Below are positions 29,996 to 40,689 of a stretch of DNA of 64,000 nucleotides, piece after piece (position 1 is the first letter of the stretch; the number at the start of each line of letters is the position of its first letter). Origin of the DNA: Alphaproteobacteria bacterium. GTDB taxonomy: Bacteria > Pseudomonadota > Alphaproteobacteria > G965222575. The stretch spans positions 384,001 to 448,000 of the forward strand of contig OZ244958.1 of the NCBI GenBank assembly GCA_965222575.1, in the 5' to 3' direction. The position numbers and the translations under genes are program-made. Under the pieces are notes generated by a model. It was given only the letters and a program-made list of their open reading frames with translations, did no database searches and was not told the origin of the DNA.

Positions 29996-31265
29996 GGAAC
30001 CCCCCCGCTACAGAGTAGCTTTCTCGCGCACCACGTCCTCATAACTATGTCCAATAAGTGGAAAGGTGATTCTAAGGAACCCCCCCCGCTACAGAGTAGC
30101 TTTGGCACCTTAATCCTCGGCACAGAAGAAGGATTATGCCTCAAAGAGGAGACTTTCACGCCCTCAGCAGTGCCATTTACCAAAAACACCTCTAAGGAAC
30201 CCCCCCCCGCTACAGAGTAGCTTTCTCGCGCACCACGTCCTCATGACTATGTCCAATAAGTGGAAAGGTGATTCTAAGGAACCCCCCCCGCTACAGAGTA
30301 GCTTTGGCACCTTAATCCTCGGCACAGAAGAAGGATTATGCCTCAAAGAGGAGACTTTCACGCCCTCAGCAGTGCCATTTACCAAAAACACCTCTAAGGA
30401 ACCCCCCCCGCTACAGAGTAGCTTTGGCACCTTAATCCTCGGCACAGAAGAAGGATTATGCCTCAAAGAGGAGACTTTCACGCCCTCAGCAGTGCCATTT
30501 ACCAAAAACACCTCTAAGGAACCCCCCCCCGCTACAGAGTAGCTTTGGCACCTTAATCCTCGGCACAGAAGAAGGATTATGCCTCAAAGAGGAGACTTTC
30601 ACGCCCTCAGCAGTGCCATTTACCAAAAACACCTCTAAGGAACCCCCCCCCGCTACAGAGTAGCTTTGGCACCTTAATCCTCGGCACAGAAGAAGGATTA
30701 TGCCTCAAAGAGGAGACTTTCACGCCCTCAGCAGTGCCATTTACCAAAAACACCTCTAAGGAACCCCCCCCCGCTACAGAGTAGCTTTGGCACCTTAATC
30801 CTCGGCACAGAAGAAGGATTATGCCTCAAAGAGGAGACTTTCACGCCCTCAGCAGTGCCATTTACCAAAAACACCTCTAAGGAACCCCCCCCGCTACAGA
30901 GTAGCTTTGGCACCTTAATCCTCGGCACAGAAGAAGGATTATGCCTCAAAGAGGAGACTTTCACGCCCTCAGCAGTGCCATTTACCAAAAACACCTCTAA
31001 GGAACCCCCCCCGCTACAGAGTAGCTTTGGCACCTTAATCCTCGGCACAGAAGAAGGATTATGCCTCAAAGAGGAGACTTTCACGCCCTCAGCAGTGCCA
31101 TTTACCAAAAACACCTCTAAGGAACCCCCCCCCGCTACAGAGTAGCTTTGGCACCTTAATCCTCGGCACAGAAGAAGGATTATGCCTCAAAGAGGAGACT
31201 TTCACGCCCTCAGCAGTGCCATTTACCAAAAACACCTCTAAGGAACCCCCCCCGCTACAGAGTAG
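29991..31265. repeat. Tandem array at the convergent cheR/ctrA junction: 12 copies of an ~32-bp junction motif separated by cheR-derived segments
   Basis: CTAAGGAAC(7-9)GCTACAGAGTAG x12; 9 long segments (period 120-121 bp) match cheR 29900-29992 and 2 short segments match cheR 29818-29866. Confidence 0.95.
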
Positions 31266-31977
31266 TTTCCTTCTCATCCTTTGAATCATCAACCTCTACG
31301 GGCGGGAGATTCCTCAAAAAATACCCTTTCCCCCATGTAGTCCCTATATAGGAAACATCCCCTAAATATTGCTGTAGCTTCTTCCTCAACTTACAGATAA
31401 ACACATCAATAATTTTAATCTCTGGCTCATCTATTCCGCCGTATAAGTGATTCAAAAACATTTCCTTCGTTAACGTCATGCCTTTGCGTAAGGAAAATAA
31501 TTCTAAAATGCCATACTCCTTCAACGTTAAATGAATCGGCACATTGTCCACCGTCACAGAGCGTTTATCAAGATTCACACACAATTTCCCCGTTCTAATG
31601 ACCGAATCTGGAAACCCCTTAGAACGCCGCACAATAGCAACTGTGCGTGCGAGAATCTCATCCTTATCCCAAGGCTTCGTCATGTAATCATCCGCACCAT
31701 GCCCTAAAGCCGTTACCTTATCCTTCACAGACTTACTTCCTGATAACACCAAAACAGGAGTCCTGACCTTCTTACTGCGCAAGGACTTCAACACATCATA
31801 GCCATGGATATCTGGAAGTGATAAATCCAATAAGATAATGTCATAATCATAGATTCTGCTTAAGTCAATACCTTCTTCCCCGAGGTCTGTGCTATAAAAC
31901 ACAAACCCTCTATTGATAAAAGCCTTCTCCAAAAGCGTTACAACTTGACAATCATCCTCTATCACTAAAACACGCAT
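31255..31977 (-). CDS. ctrA: Cell-cycle response regulator CtrA
   Basis: TDLGEEG.DL...[53 protein letters not shown]. Confidence 0.96.
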   Translation of the reverse strand: MRVLVIEDDCQVVTLLEKAFINRGFVFYSTDLGEEGIDLSRIYDYDIILLDLSLPDIHGYDVLKSLRSKKVRTPVLVLSGSKSVKDKVTALGHGADDYMTKPWDKDEILARTVAIVRRSKGFPDSVIRTGKLCVNLDKRSVTVDNVPIHLTLKEYGILELFSLRKGMTLTKEMFLNHLYGGIDEPEIKIIDVFICKLRKKLQQYLGDVSYIGTTWGKGYFLRNLPPVEVDDSKDEKETTL

Positions 31978-32267
31978 GCTGCGTCCTCCATCGAGTACCA
32001 AAAGAGTCTTGCCTATCTTGTCTTAGAACTTCATAAAAAAGTGTTAAAAATTACAAATTTCGGTACTCATTCTAACATTTTATTTCAATAATAATGTAAA
32101 GATAATTCCGCTATAATAACATTGAGATTTAACAGAAGCAATTTTTAATATATTTATACTAGTTAGTTTTGATAGTGTGGGAATTTCAGGCTAAAATATT
32201 TTTTTATGATTTCATTAAACAAGGGCATAGTGTTAATGGGGCGTGCATTTTTTAGCGATTTTCTACG

Positions 32268-33452
32268 ATGAGTCCTCTGATTGAAATAGCAGTTATTGGT
32301 TGCATTGCGTTATTGTTAGGCGCCGGGTTTGCGGCACTGCGGCAAGCGCCCTTGTTAGGATATGTTTTAGCAGGCGTCATTTTGGGGCCATCGGTGTTAG
32401 GTCTTGTAGGAGATCATGAGGAGATACATATCTTAGCGGATATAGGGGTTTTGTTATTATTATTTTTGATAGGCATAGACTTAAAACTGGAGTGTTTTCT
32501 CAAGGTATGGAAGGTTGCCTTAGGGTTTACGGTCTTGCAGTTGGGGGGGTTGTGTTTAGTGGCTTTGATTGTGTGGCAGGTGACAACTATTCCGCTTGGG
32601 ATTGCCTTATTTTGTAGCTTCGCGCTTTCTCTTAGTTCTACAGCAGTCGCCATCAAAATGTTGGACCAGTCCGGGGCGGAGAATAAGAAAGTAGGCTCTC
32701 TTGTTATAGGAATTTTGATAGCACAGGATTTGAGTGTGATTCCCATGTTGGTGATTCTCCCCGCTTTAGCATCGGCAGGAGGAGGGGTTGAGATTATCAA
32801 AGCCTTGACAGTAGCAGGCATAGGATTTTTGCTCTTAGGAGGCATTATCTACGCCATGAGTCGCAAGAAGAAAATACTACCTTCCTTGCTAGCTTTTACG
32901 GTCAATTCTGAGATTACAGCCATCAGCGCCGTGGTGTTTTGTCTAGGGAGCGCCGTTGTCTGTGGTTTTTTAGGACTATCAGAGGAATACGGGGCATTTT
33001 TAGCGGGATTATTATTGGGAAATACGCAAGAAAACAAGAAAATCCGAAATGCGACGCACCCGCTACAAGCGCTTTTAATGATGGTGTTTTTTGTTCTTGT
33101 AGGGTTATTGGTAGACATTAAATTTATTGTCGAGAACCTTACGATTATTTCTCTTTTACTCCTTGTTGTCACTGTTGGGAAAACACTGATGAATGCTTTT
33201 TGGCTTAAGATTCTCAGCACGCCTAACCAACAGGCGTTTTTCACCGCAACGATTCTCGGGCAAATTGGAGAATTTTCCTTTATTCTCCTTACTCTAGCGA
33301 AAAAAATCCTGCTGGTGGATTCTTATATGTATGAGTTAAGCGTGTCGTTAATTACCTTGAGTTTGGTTATCAGTCCTATCTGGTTATTGTCTTCACGATT
33401 TTTACAGCAATGGGGGTTAGGCAGGGCGGAACGATTCCCACCTATTCGGTAA
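32268..33452 (+). CDS. CPA2 family cation:proton antiporter (Kef-like, no KTN domain)
   Basis: GY.LAGVILGP, LLLF.IG, LSLSSTAV..K, GILIAQD, GAFLAG, QIGEFSF. Confidence 0.88.
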   Translation: MSPLIEIAVIGCIALLLGAGFAALRQAPLLGYVLAGVILGPSVLGLVGDHEEIHILADIGVLLLLFLIGIDLKLECFLKVWKVALGFTVLQLGGLCLVALIVWQVTTIPLGIALFCSFALSLSSTAVAIKMLDQSGAENKKVGSLVIGILIAQDLSVIPMLVILPALASAGGGVEIIKALTVAGIGFLLLGGIIYAMSRKKKILPSLLAFTVNSEITAISAVVFCLGSAVVCGFLGLSEEYGAFLAGLLLGNTQENKKIRNATHPLQALLMMVFFVLVGLLVDIKFIVENLTIISLLLLVVTVGKTLMNAFWLKILSTPNQQAFFTATILGQIGEFSFILLTLAKKILLVDSYMYELSVSLITLSLVISPIWLLSSRFLQQWGLGRAERFPPIR

Positions 33453-33482
33453 GGAATAGGGAAAGGGTTGTGGTGGTATTGT

Positions 33483-34046
33483 ATGTTGAAGAATCCAAAG
33501 AATCTGATTGGTGTAGATGAAGTGGGACGCGGGGCTTTGGTTGGGCCTGTGATAGCGGTTGCCTGTTGCTTGAAGAGCAATGTCTCATTAACAGGCATTG
33601 CCGATAGTAAGACCTTGACAGAGGCTAGACGCAACAGAATGATGCGCAAGTTACAACTGCATAGCGTCTTCGGCGTTGGGGCTGTATGGGAGAAGGAAAT
33701 TGACCAACTCAACATTTTACAGGCCTCTTTGAAAGCGGCAAAGCAGGCGTTATTAGCCTTGCCCTCTTTCTGTTCTAAAACCTTCTTGATGGATGGGCTA
33801 CAGGTGCCGGAAATGCCTTCCGGTTTCAAAGGACGGGCGGAAAAAAAGGCGGATGCCACCTATGCCCCTTGTGCAGCAGCTTCTATTATCGCTAAGGTGA
33901 TTCGAGACAGACTGCTTAGGAAACTTCATCTGCTTTATCCCTTTTATGGATGGGACACAAATGTAGGCTATCCTACTCCTTTTCATAAAGAGGCTATCCA
34001 GCGTTATGGTCTCACTCCTTATCACCGCCTTTCTTTTCGGGTTTGA
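33483..34046 (+). CDS. rnhB: Ribonuclease HII
   Basis: GVDEVGRG.L.GPV, DSK.L, NILQA, AASIIAKV.RD, GYPT, HR.SF. Confidence 0.95.
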   Translation: MLKNPKNLIGVDEVGRGALVGPVIAVACCLKSNVSLTGIADSKTLTEARRNRMMRKLQLHSVFGVGAVWEKEIDQLNILQASLKAAKQALLALPSFCSKTFLMDGLQVPEMPSGFKGRAEKKADATYAPCAAASIIAKVIRDRLLRKLHLLYPFYGWDTNVGYPTPFHKEAIQRYGLTPYHRLSFRV

Positions 34047-34097
34047 CTTTACACAGCCTTATCCTTACTCTGATAGGACTGAAACTTAAGGATAAAG

Positions 34098-35243
34098 ATG
34101 CCTGCCTCTTTAGTCTCTCAACAACAAGACCTTCGCCTTCAAGGGGGGCGTTTGCTCATTGGGGATTGCCTAGAGGTCATGTCATGGCTTAAAAGCGATT
34201 CCATAGACATGGTTTTTGCGGACCCTCCTTATAATTTACAGCTTTCCTCTTCTATTTTGCGGCGTCCTGATACATCTGTTGTGTCCGGGGTTCGCTCTCC
34301 TTGGGATCGCTTTCAAAGCTTTCATCATTACGACCGCTTTACAAAGAAGTGGCTTCTACAAGTACAACGTCTACTCAAGCCTAATGGCAGCCTTTGGGTC
34401 ATTGGCACCTATCACAACATTTTTCGAATCGGCAAGATACTACAGGATGTAGGGTTTTGGATTTACAACGATATTTTATGGATTAAAGATAATCCCATGC
34501 CGAATTTTCAAGGGTCGCGTTTTACCAACGCCCATGAGACACTGATTTGGTGCGGAAAAACCCATAGGCGTCCAACTTTTAACTACAACGCCATGAAGGT
34601 TTTTAACGATGGCAAACAAATGCGTTCGGATTGGTACTTGCCTCTGTGTCAAGGCGCTGAACGACTCAAGCGAGATAAAAAGGCGCTACACCCAACGCAA
34701 AAGCCCCTAAGTTTGCTCTACCGCATTGTTTTAGCCTCTACAAACGGCGGTGATTGCATTTTAGACCCTTTTTTCGGCACAGGCACAACAGGGGTTGCGG
34801 CGAAAACTTTGGGACGTACCTTTCTTGGTATTGAAGAAAATCGCCCCTACGCCATGATTGCAAAGAAACGGATTGAAGCAACCTCAGCCACTCCTAAGAG
34901 CTTCACCCTCCCCTTTAGAGAGCCGAAAAAACTGCGCCGCATTCCTTTTGGCTCTTTAGTGTCTTGTGGTATGGTAACGCCGGGGACGCCTCTATGGGAC
35001 CGCTCAAAACGCCACAGCGCCCTCGTCACCGCCGATGGCTCCCTCGTCTTAACAGCAACAGGACAAAGAGGCTCTTTACATCAACTCGCTGCCCTAGTCA
35101 CCGGCAAGACCTCTTGTAATGGCTGGGGCTGGTGGTATATAGAACAAGAAGGCAAGCTTGTTTCCATCGATGACTTGCGGAACACACTACGCCAACAGGA
35201 TACCGAAACTTCCTCCGCGCACTTGCTCAAAGACTATGGATGA
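34098..35243 (+). CDS. ccrM: Cell-cycle-regulated adenine DNA methyltransferase CcrM (GANTC)
   Basis: FADPPYNLQL, NPMPNF.G.RFTNAHETLIW, QMRSDW, HPTQKP, LDPFFGTGTTG, CNGW; downstream of rnhB. Confidence 0.93.
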   Translation: MPASLVSQQQDLRLQGGRLLIGDCLEVMSWLKSDSIDMVFADPPYNLQLSSSILRRPDTSVVSGVRSPWDRFQSFHHYDRFTKKWLLQVQRLLKPNGSLWVIGTYHNIFRIGKILQDVGFWIYNDILWIKDNPMPNFQGSRFTNAHETLIWCGKTHRRPTFNYNAMKVFNDGKQMRSDWYLPLCQGAERLKRDKKALHPTQKPLSLLYRIVLASTNGGDCILDPFFGTGTTGVAAKTLGRTFLGIEENRPYAMIAKKRIEATSATPKSFTLPFREPKKLRRIPFGSLVSCGMVTPGTPLWDRSKRHSALVTADGSLVLTATGQRGSLHQLAALVTGKTSCNGWGWWYIEQEGKLVSIDDLRNTLRQQDTETSSAHLLKDYG

Positions 35244-37929
35244 CATAAGACAAGCTTTCATAGAGCACTTCAAAAAACACAATCACCGGCTTATAGAAAC
35301 AAGTTCTCTTATACCGGAAGACGACCAAACGCTTTTTTTCACAGCAGCCGGTATGGTGCCCTTCAAAGAGTATTTTCTCACGCCCCCACGCGCCCCTTTT
35401 AAGCGCGTGGTAACCGCTCAAAAATGCTTGCGCGCAGGCGGTAAACACAATGACCTAGAACAAGTAGGCTATACAACGCGACATCATACCTTCTTTGAAA
35501 TGCTTGGCAATTTTTCCTTTGGCGACTACTTCAAAGAAGAGGCTATTCACATGGCTTGGGCGTTCCTTCACAAAATTCTTGGTCTGAAGCAAGAGCAATT
35601 ATTGATAACAGTTTATCATACAGATGAAACAGCTAGACACTTGTGGAAATCTCTCGCGGGATTTTCTGATGGGCGTATTCTCTCTATTAAAACAGAGGAC
35701 AATTTTTGGTCTATGGGGGATGTGGGGCCTTGTGGGCCTTGTTCTGAAATTTTCTATGACCACGGAGCATCCCGACAAGGCACTCCCCCGGGGGCGCCAA
35801 AAGAACAAGGAGACAGATTCGTTGAAATATGGAACCTCGTCTTTATGGAATACAATCGGCAAACAGACGGCACACTCACGCCTTTGCCTTCTCCCTGTAT
35901 TGACACCGGCATGGGCTTAGAACGCGCCACAGCCATCATAGAAGGAAAAACAGACAACTATGAAACCTCTTTATTTCAGCCTTTGCTAGAAAAATGCTGG
36001 GAGAAAACCCGCACGAATACCCTCTCTGCCTCCCACAAGGTCATTGTAGACCATGTACGGGCTTGTAGCTTTTTAATCAGTGATGGTCTTCACCCCTCTA
36101 ATGAAGGGAGAGGCTATGTCCTGCGCCGACTCATCAGACGCGGCATGCGACACGCTTATTTATTAGGCTATGAAAAACCCTTGCTCTACAGCCTCGTACA
36201 AACCCTAGCCCAACACCTCAAAACCCCTTACCCAGAACTCAACAGGCAACAAGCCTTCATTGAAGCCGTTATCAAACAAGAAGAAGAACAATTCTTGAAG
36301 AATCTCTCACAAGGCATGAAACTCCTCTCCCCCTTTCTTTCGACCTCCCAAAAGATACTCAAAGGAGATAAGGTCTTCCTCTTGTACGATACCTATGGAT
36401 TCCCTGTGGATTTAACAGCGGACATTCTCCGTAGCCACAATAAAACGCTGGACTATAAAGGCTTTGAGAACGCCATGGCTGCAAGACGACGAGAATCCCA
36501 ACAAGCAGCTTGGGCGTCTACTACAGAAGGAAGTCGAGTTGGGAAAAAATGGCCCCTAGCAGACTCCTTAAAGGAACAAGCCTTTCCCCCAACGCAATTC
36601 GTAGGGTACGGAAAGTCAGGATTAGGGGGGAAACTGCCGCCTTGCCGTGGGAAAATTCTAGGGATTCAACCATTAGATAAAGAATACCACCAGATTGTAC
36701 TGGATAAAACTCCCTGTTACGCTGAAGGCGGCGGACAAATAGGGGACAGAGGAGACATGTGGGTGGAACTCAATGAGAAAAGGACAATCCTTTTTCATAT
36801 CACAGACACACAAAAAACAAAAGAAGGGGTTTTTGTGCATACTGTGCGCAGAGACGATGTAAAAGTTTCACGTGACACACTTTCCACATGCATTGGAAAA
36901 ACCGCGAAGATTATCGTGAAGGAAGGCTTACGCAAAGCCATCTCTAAGCACCATAGTGCAACGCATTTATTGCATCAGTCCTTACGCAAGGTCTTAGGGG
37001 AACAGGTACAACAAAAAGGGTCTTATATCGATGCCGAAAAGCTGCGTTTTGATATCCAGCACCAAGGGCCTATTCCCCAAGAGGCGTTGTCTGAAGCACT
37101 AGGGGAGGTTAACAGGCAGATTTTAAGGGATACCCCTGTCATGGTGAAAGAAATGCCAAAAGAGGAGGCTTTAGAAACAGGGGCCTTAGCGTTATTCGGG
37201 GAGAAATACGGAGGGAAGGTGCGGGTCATTGCCATGGGGGAGGAAGAGAAGACGCTTTATACGGGGTGGAAGGGGAAGACGCCATTTTCTGTAGAGTTAT
37301 GCGGTGGTACGCATGTGGAGACAACAGGAGATATTGGCGGGGTAGCACTCACGAAGGAATATGGCATAGGCACTGGGATTAGACGTATAGAAGCCTGTGC
37401 GGGGGCTATTGCTATTGAGCATTTAACAGACAAAGAAAAAGCGCTTCAGGATGTTTTTGAGGAGACACAGGAGGCTTTAGCGGGTGAAAGGAAAAAGAAT
37501 CGGCGTCTTCGGCTACAGATTGCTGCGCAAGCTCTTAGGCAACAGAAGGGGAATCTAGTGCGTTCTGTTATGTTCAAGGGGTTAGTGTTGGAGGAGATTT
37601 CTTCTAAGGAGGGTCATACGCTTGTGAAAGAGGCGGTGAAGAATCTGAAAAAAGAGCGGGTTGTCATTGCGTTGGTTGTGAAGGAGGAGAAGGAGAAAGC
37701 TGTGGTGATTGTGGGGGTGAGTGGGGGGGGAGGAGGAGAGGGGGGGGGGGCGTCATACCACAAAGCCCCTGAGATTGTAGCAGTAGGGGTAAAAGCGCTA
37801 GGGGGTACAGGCGGTGGAGGGAGTGATACCTTAGCGCAAGGAGGGGGGCGGAAAGCGGAGCAAGCGGAGCAAGCGCTCAAAGACATGCGGATTTTTTGTC
37901 AAGGTCTTTCGCCTTCCTTGAGAAAATAG
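35236..37929 (+). CDS. alaS: Alanine--tRNA ligase
   Basis: AGMVPFK, RAGGKHNDL, HHTFFEMLGNFSFGDYFK, HSATHLLH, ELCGGTHV, GGG..AQGG. Confidence 0.97.
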   Translation: MDDIRQAFIEHFKKHNHRLIETSSLIPEDDQTLFFTAAGMVPFKEYFLTPPRAPFKRVVTAQKCLRAGGKHNDLEQVGYTTRHHTFFEMLGNFSFGDYFKEEAIHMAWAFLHKILGLKQEQLLITVYHTDETARHLWKSLAGFSDGRILSIKTEDNFWSMGDVGPCGPCSEIFYDHGASRQGTPPGAPKEQGDRFVEIWNLVFMEYNRQTDGTLTPLPSPCIDTGMGLERATAIIEGKTDNYETSLFQPLLEKCWEKTRTNTLSASHKVIVDHVRACSFLISDGLHPSNEGRGYVLRRLIRRGMRHAYLLGYEKPLLYSLVQTLAQHLKTPYPELNRQQAFIEAVIKQEEEQFLKNLSQGMKLLSPFLSTSQKILKGDKVFLLYDTYGFPVDLTADILRSHNKTLDYKGFENAMAARRRESQQAAWASTTEGSRVGKKWPLADSLKEQAFPPTQFVGYGKSGLGGKLPPCRGKILGIQPLDKEYHQIVLDKTPCYAEGGGQIGDRGDMWVELNEKRTILFHITDTQKTKEGVFVHTVRRDDVKVSRDTLSTCIGKTAKIIVKEGLRKAISKHHSATHLLHQSLRKVLGEQVQQKGSYIDAEKLRFDIQHQGPIPQEALSEALGEVNRQILRDTPVMVKEMPKEEALETGALALFGEKYGGKVRVIAMGEEEKTLYTGWKGKTPFSVELCGGTHVETTGDIGGVALTKEYGIGTGIRRIEACAGAIAIEHLTDKEKALQDVFEETQEALAGERKKNRRLRLQIAAQALRQQKGNLVRSVMFKGLVLEEISSKEGHTLVKEAVKNLKKERVVIALVVKEEKEKAVVIVGVSGGGGGEGGGASYHKAPEIVAVGVKALGGTGGGGSDTLAQGGGRKAEQAEQALKDMRIFCQGLSPSLRK

Positions 37930-37930
37930 C

Positions 37931-38263
37931 TTATGGGCGGGTGTGCTTTACGGGTGGTGGTGCTTCTTCTTCACCCTGTTGTTCAAGGGATAAAAGATGC
38001 GTGTACAGGAGATTATTTTTCTGAAGTGCTAGTAAATCGTCACATCCTCCAATATGAGAAGAGCCGAAAAAAATTTGTGGAACTGTGCGGACATTGAAGC
38101 GCTTTTTCATTGTCTCAAACTCCTCTAGGGCTTGTGTCACCTCAATGGTCTTAAAGGGGTAGCCGGTCTTCTTTAAGAGCGCCATGGCGCGTTGACAAAA
38201 GGGACAATACCACTTGATATAGAGCGTAATTTTTATCTTTTTTTTCTCATCCATCTTGTTCAT
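37931..38263 (-). CDS. grxC: Glutaredoxin (Grx3-like)
   Basis: CPFC active site, TVPQIF, IGGCDDL; start uncertain. Confidence 0.88.
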   Translation of the reverse strand: MNKMDEKKKIKITLYIKWYCPFCQRAMALLKKTGYPFKTIEVTQALEEFETMKKRFNVRTVPQIFFGSSHIGGCDDLLALQKNNLLYTHLLSLEQQGEEEAPPPVKHTRP

Positions 38264-38310
38264 ATCGTCAATGGTAGCATAGAGGGATAATACTAACAAG
38301 GCGGTCTTTT

Positions 38311-39150
38311 TTAGAAGTGGTTAGAGGTGCGTCCCATAGTTCTAGCCAAGGACAAAATGTGTACAGCACGCGCTCCACCTTTCAGACAGACCTTCACGAC
38401 TTCGTTGACTGTAGCGGAAGAAGCCACGATATCATCTACAACAAGGACAATGCGATTTTCTATTGTCTTGCGGTGACGCCATGAAAGAGCAAAAGCTTTC
38501 CGTACATTACGGGCTCGCCTCTCCACATTCTTCCCTTTTTGACTACCTGTATACCGTGTTCTCACAATACAATCAGGGAGATATTGGCTTGAAGGGAACA
38601 AGGCGTTGACATAAGGGAAGAGTCCCTTACACAGAAAGGCTGCTTGATTATAGTGGCGAAAAAACTGCCGCAACCAGTGTAAGGGCACAGGGACTACCAG
38701 CAGTGGTTCTTTTTTCTCTATCACACAAGCCAACTCCTCTAGCAAGCCTGATAATAAGCGGCAAAATATTTTCGTGAGAAACAGCTTATCACCATACTTA
38801 AAGCTGATAATCAAAGGAGAGGAGTTTGAATCATACACCAGCAAGGACTGCATAGAGGCATATAAAGGGGGATGACGCAAGCATTTTAGGCACTTTGCAG
38901 CTTCTCCTAAGTCGTAAGGGAAGGGATAGCCGCATTGTGCACACTTAGGAGACGATATAAAGGTCAATTTTCCCCAGCACCTTGCGCATAGCTGGTGGTG
39001 ATCCAAAGTCGAACCATAACAGCAAACACACACAGGAGGAAACACTAGGTCTAATCCCACCTCTAAAAGAGGCTTGAGCCGTTCAAAAACCAAATCCCTG
39101 CCTTTTTTTTGATACCGCAGTTGTAGAGACACCCTAGCACATACAAACAA
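38311..39150 (-). CDS. comF: ComF family protein (zinc ribbon plus PRTase domain)
   Basis: FPP.C..C, C..C, VPVPLH..R....YNQA, VVDDI; true start may be about 60 bp downstream. Confidence 0.88.
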   Translation of the reverse strand: MFVCARVSLQLRYQKKGRDLVFERLKPLLEVGLDLVFPPVCVCCYGSTLDHHQLCARCWGKLTFISSPKCAQCGYPFPYDLGEAAKCLKCLRHPPLYASMQSLLVYDSNSSPLIISFKYGDKLFLTKIFCRLLSGLLEELACVIEKKEPLLVVPVPLHWLRQFFRHYNQAAFLCKGLFPYVNALFPSSQYLPDCIVRTRYTGSQKGKNVERRARNVRKAFALSWRHRKTIENRIVLVVDDIVASSATVNEVVKVCLKGGARAVHILSLARTMGRTSNHF

Positions 39151-39210
39151 AAATTGATAGCAACCTTATCCCTGTGCTAAGGTATACAAAATCCCCTCTT
39201 CAAAGATGGC

Positions 39211-39954
39211 ATGTCAGACCTGCACACCCTCATCACACAAGGCCTCATGGAAAGGCTTGGGGATATCAAAAGAGACTTTCCTACTGTTCTGGAAATAGGA
39301 CAAGGGGCACTTGCCCCTCTTCTGGTGAAACGTACCCGTACCGTCATTCAACTCAGTGATGTGCTCACAACCTCTTCTACCACGCCCTTCCAAGGCGTAA
39401 AAGGAAAGGAAAATGCTCCTCCTTTTCAACCCAACACCTTTGATGCCATCCTAAGTGCAGGAACAATGCAACGGGACAATACGCCCTCCCTCTTAAAAAC
39501 CCTGCTATCACTTTTGAAGCCTGATGGTCTCCTGTTGTATAGCCTCATTGGAAAAGAAAGCCTCAAAGAATATGCCGAACTTCTCATAGAAGCCCAAACA
39601 CACTCTCTAGGAGGCGCCCACGCCCCCCAACAAACCCGCCTTCTAACCCTCAAAGACGCAACAGATATGCTCACCAAAGCAGGATTCGCTCTCACCGTAG
39701 GAGACCGCCAGACCTATACACTCTCCTATACCACCTTCAAAAACTTCCTAAAAGACTACCCTACCCTCACGCCACTTCCCCTACAACCTCTCACAAAAGA
39801 TATTCACCACTACATAGAAAAAGACATCACCGCCCACACGCCGTGGACAGTGACTTGGGAACTCCTCTTCTTAACCGGTTGGAAACCAGACCCTTGCCAG
39901 CCCAAACCTCTCAAGCCTAATGAGGGGGTGATTCCCTTGTCACAAGTCCTATAA
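39211..39954 (+). CDS. SAM-dependent methyltransferase (BioC/NDUFAF5-like)
   Basis: ERL.DIKR.F..VLEIG, LKPDGL, L..AGF.L...D, GWKP...QPKPL; divergent from comF. Confidence 0.75.
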   Translation: MSDLHTLITQGLMERLGDIKRDFPTVLEIGQGALAPLLVKRTRTVIQLSDVLTTSSTTPFQGVKGKENAPPFQPNTFDAILSAGTMQRDNTPSLLKTLLSLLKPDGLLLYSLIGKESLKEYAELLIEAQTHSLGGAHAPQQTRLLTLKDATDMLTKAGFALTVGDRQTYTLSYTTFKNFLKDYPTLTPLPLQPLTKDIHHYIEKDITAHTPWTVTWELLFLTGWKPDPCQPKPLKPNEGVIPLSQVL

Positions 39955-40473
39955 AGCCCCCTCATGCTGTAACAACGCTGTCTTAAGACCAAGGGCTTTC
40001 AGAGAACTGCCCCCTCTATAGCCCCGCAACTGCCCATCCTTTCCCACCACTCTATGACACGGCAACACCACACACAAAGGATTGCGCCCAACAGCCCCAC
40101 CCACACTGCGCGCAGACCCCTCCCCCAAACTTTTCGCTAAGTCCTGATAACTCACCGTCTCCCCAAAAGGTATCCCCTTCAACGCCTCCCACACAGCACA
40201 CTGAAATTTTGTCCCCTTCAACACAAGAGGAATATGGCTAAAGGCACACTTCTCCCCCCGAAAATAGGACTCTATAGCCCGCACTGCCTCCTCAATATTA
40301 AAAGAAGACCCAACACACTCACTCTTTGCGTTCCCGCGTTCCGAAGACTGCTCCTCCCCCTCAGAAGGCCCTAATGTCTCCTCCTCACGACCAAAAAACG
40401 CAGCGCATAACCCCTCTTTTGTCCCCCTAAAGGTCATCCAACCAAGAACACTATGAACATATTTTGTCTCCAT
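39949..40473 (-). CDS. ogt: Methylated-DNA--protein-cysteine methyltransferase
   Basis: GT.FQ..VW..L..IPFG.T.SY, NP....PCHRV. Confidence 0.93.
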   Translation of the reverse strand: METKYVHSVLGWMTFRGTKEGLCAAFFGREEETLGPSEGEEQSSERGNAKSECVGSSFNIEEAVRAIESYFRGEKCAFSHIPLVLKGTKFQCAVWEALKGIPFGETVSYQDLAKSLGEGSARSVGGAVGRNPLCVVLPCHRVVGKDGQLRGYRGGSSLKALGLKTALLQHEGAL

Positions 40474-40526
40474 TCCAGCTTCTTTTTTATCCCTTCAAAA
40501 AATTCCACACTGCACACCCTATTCAG

Positions 40527-40599
40527 TGAGCGCGGCAGGATTCGAACCTGCGACCCAGTGATTAAAAGTCACTTGCTCTACCGACTGAGCTACGCGCCC
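40527..40599 (-). tRNA. tRNA-Lys(TTT)
   Basis: GGGCGCG...AGTGA-CTTTTAA-TCACT...GCAGGTTCGAATCCTGC-CGCGCTC-A. Confidence 0.95.
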
Positions 40600-40617
40600 C
40601 TAACCCCCTATGATTTC

Positions 40618-40689
<72 letters not shown>

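Noticed and set aside
29991-31265. Canonical CRISPR array
   Set aside because: Spacers are repeated, too long and derived from the adjacent cheR; the repeat has a variable poly-C tract; no cas genes in the window
29816-31265. Diversity-generating retroelement (cheR end as VR, array as TR)
   Set aside because: Differences are not confined to adenines and include a deletion; no reverse transcriptase in the window
29992-31292. Short ORFs within the cheR/ctrA array
   Set aside because: By-products of a 120-bp period, broken wherever the poly-C length changes
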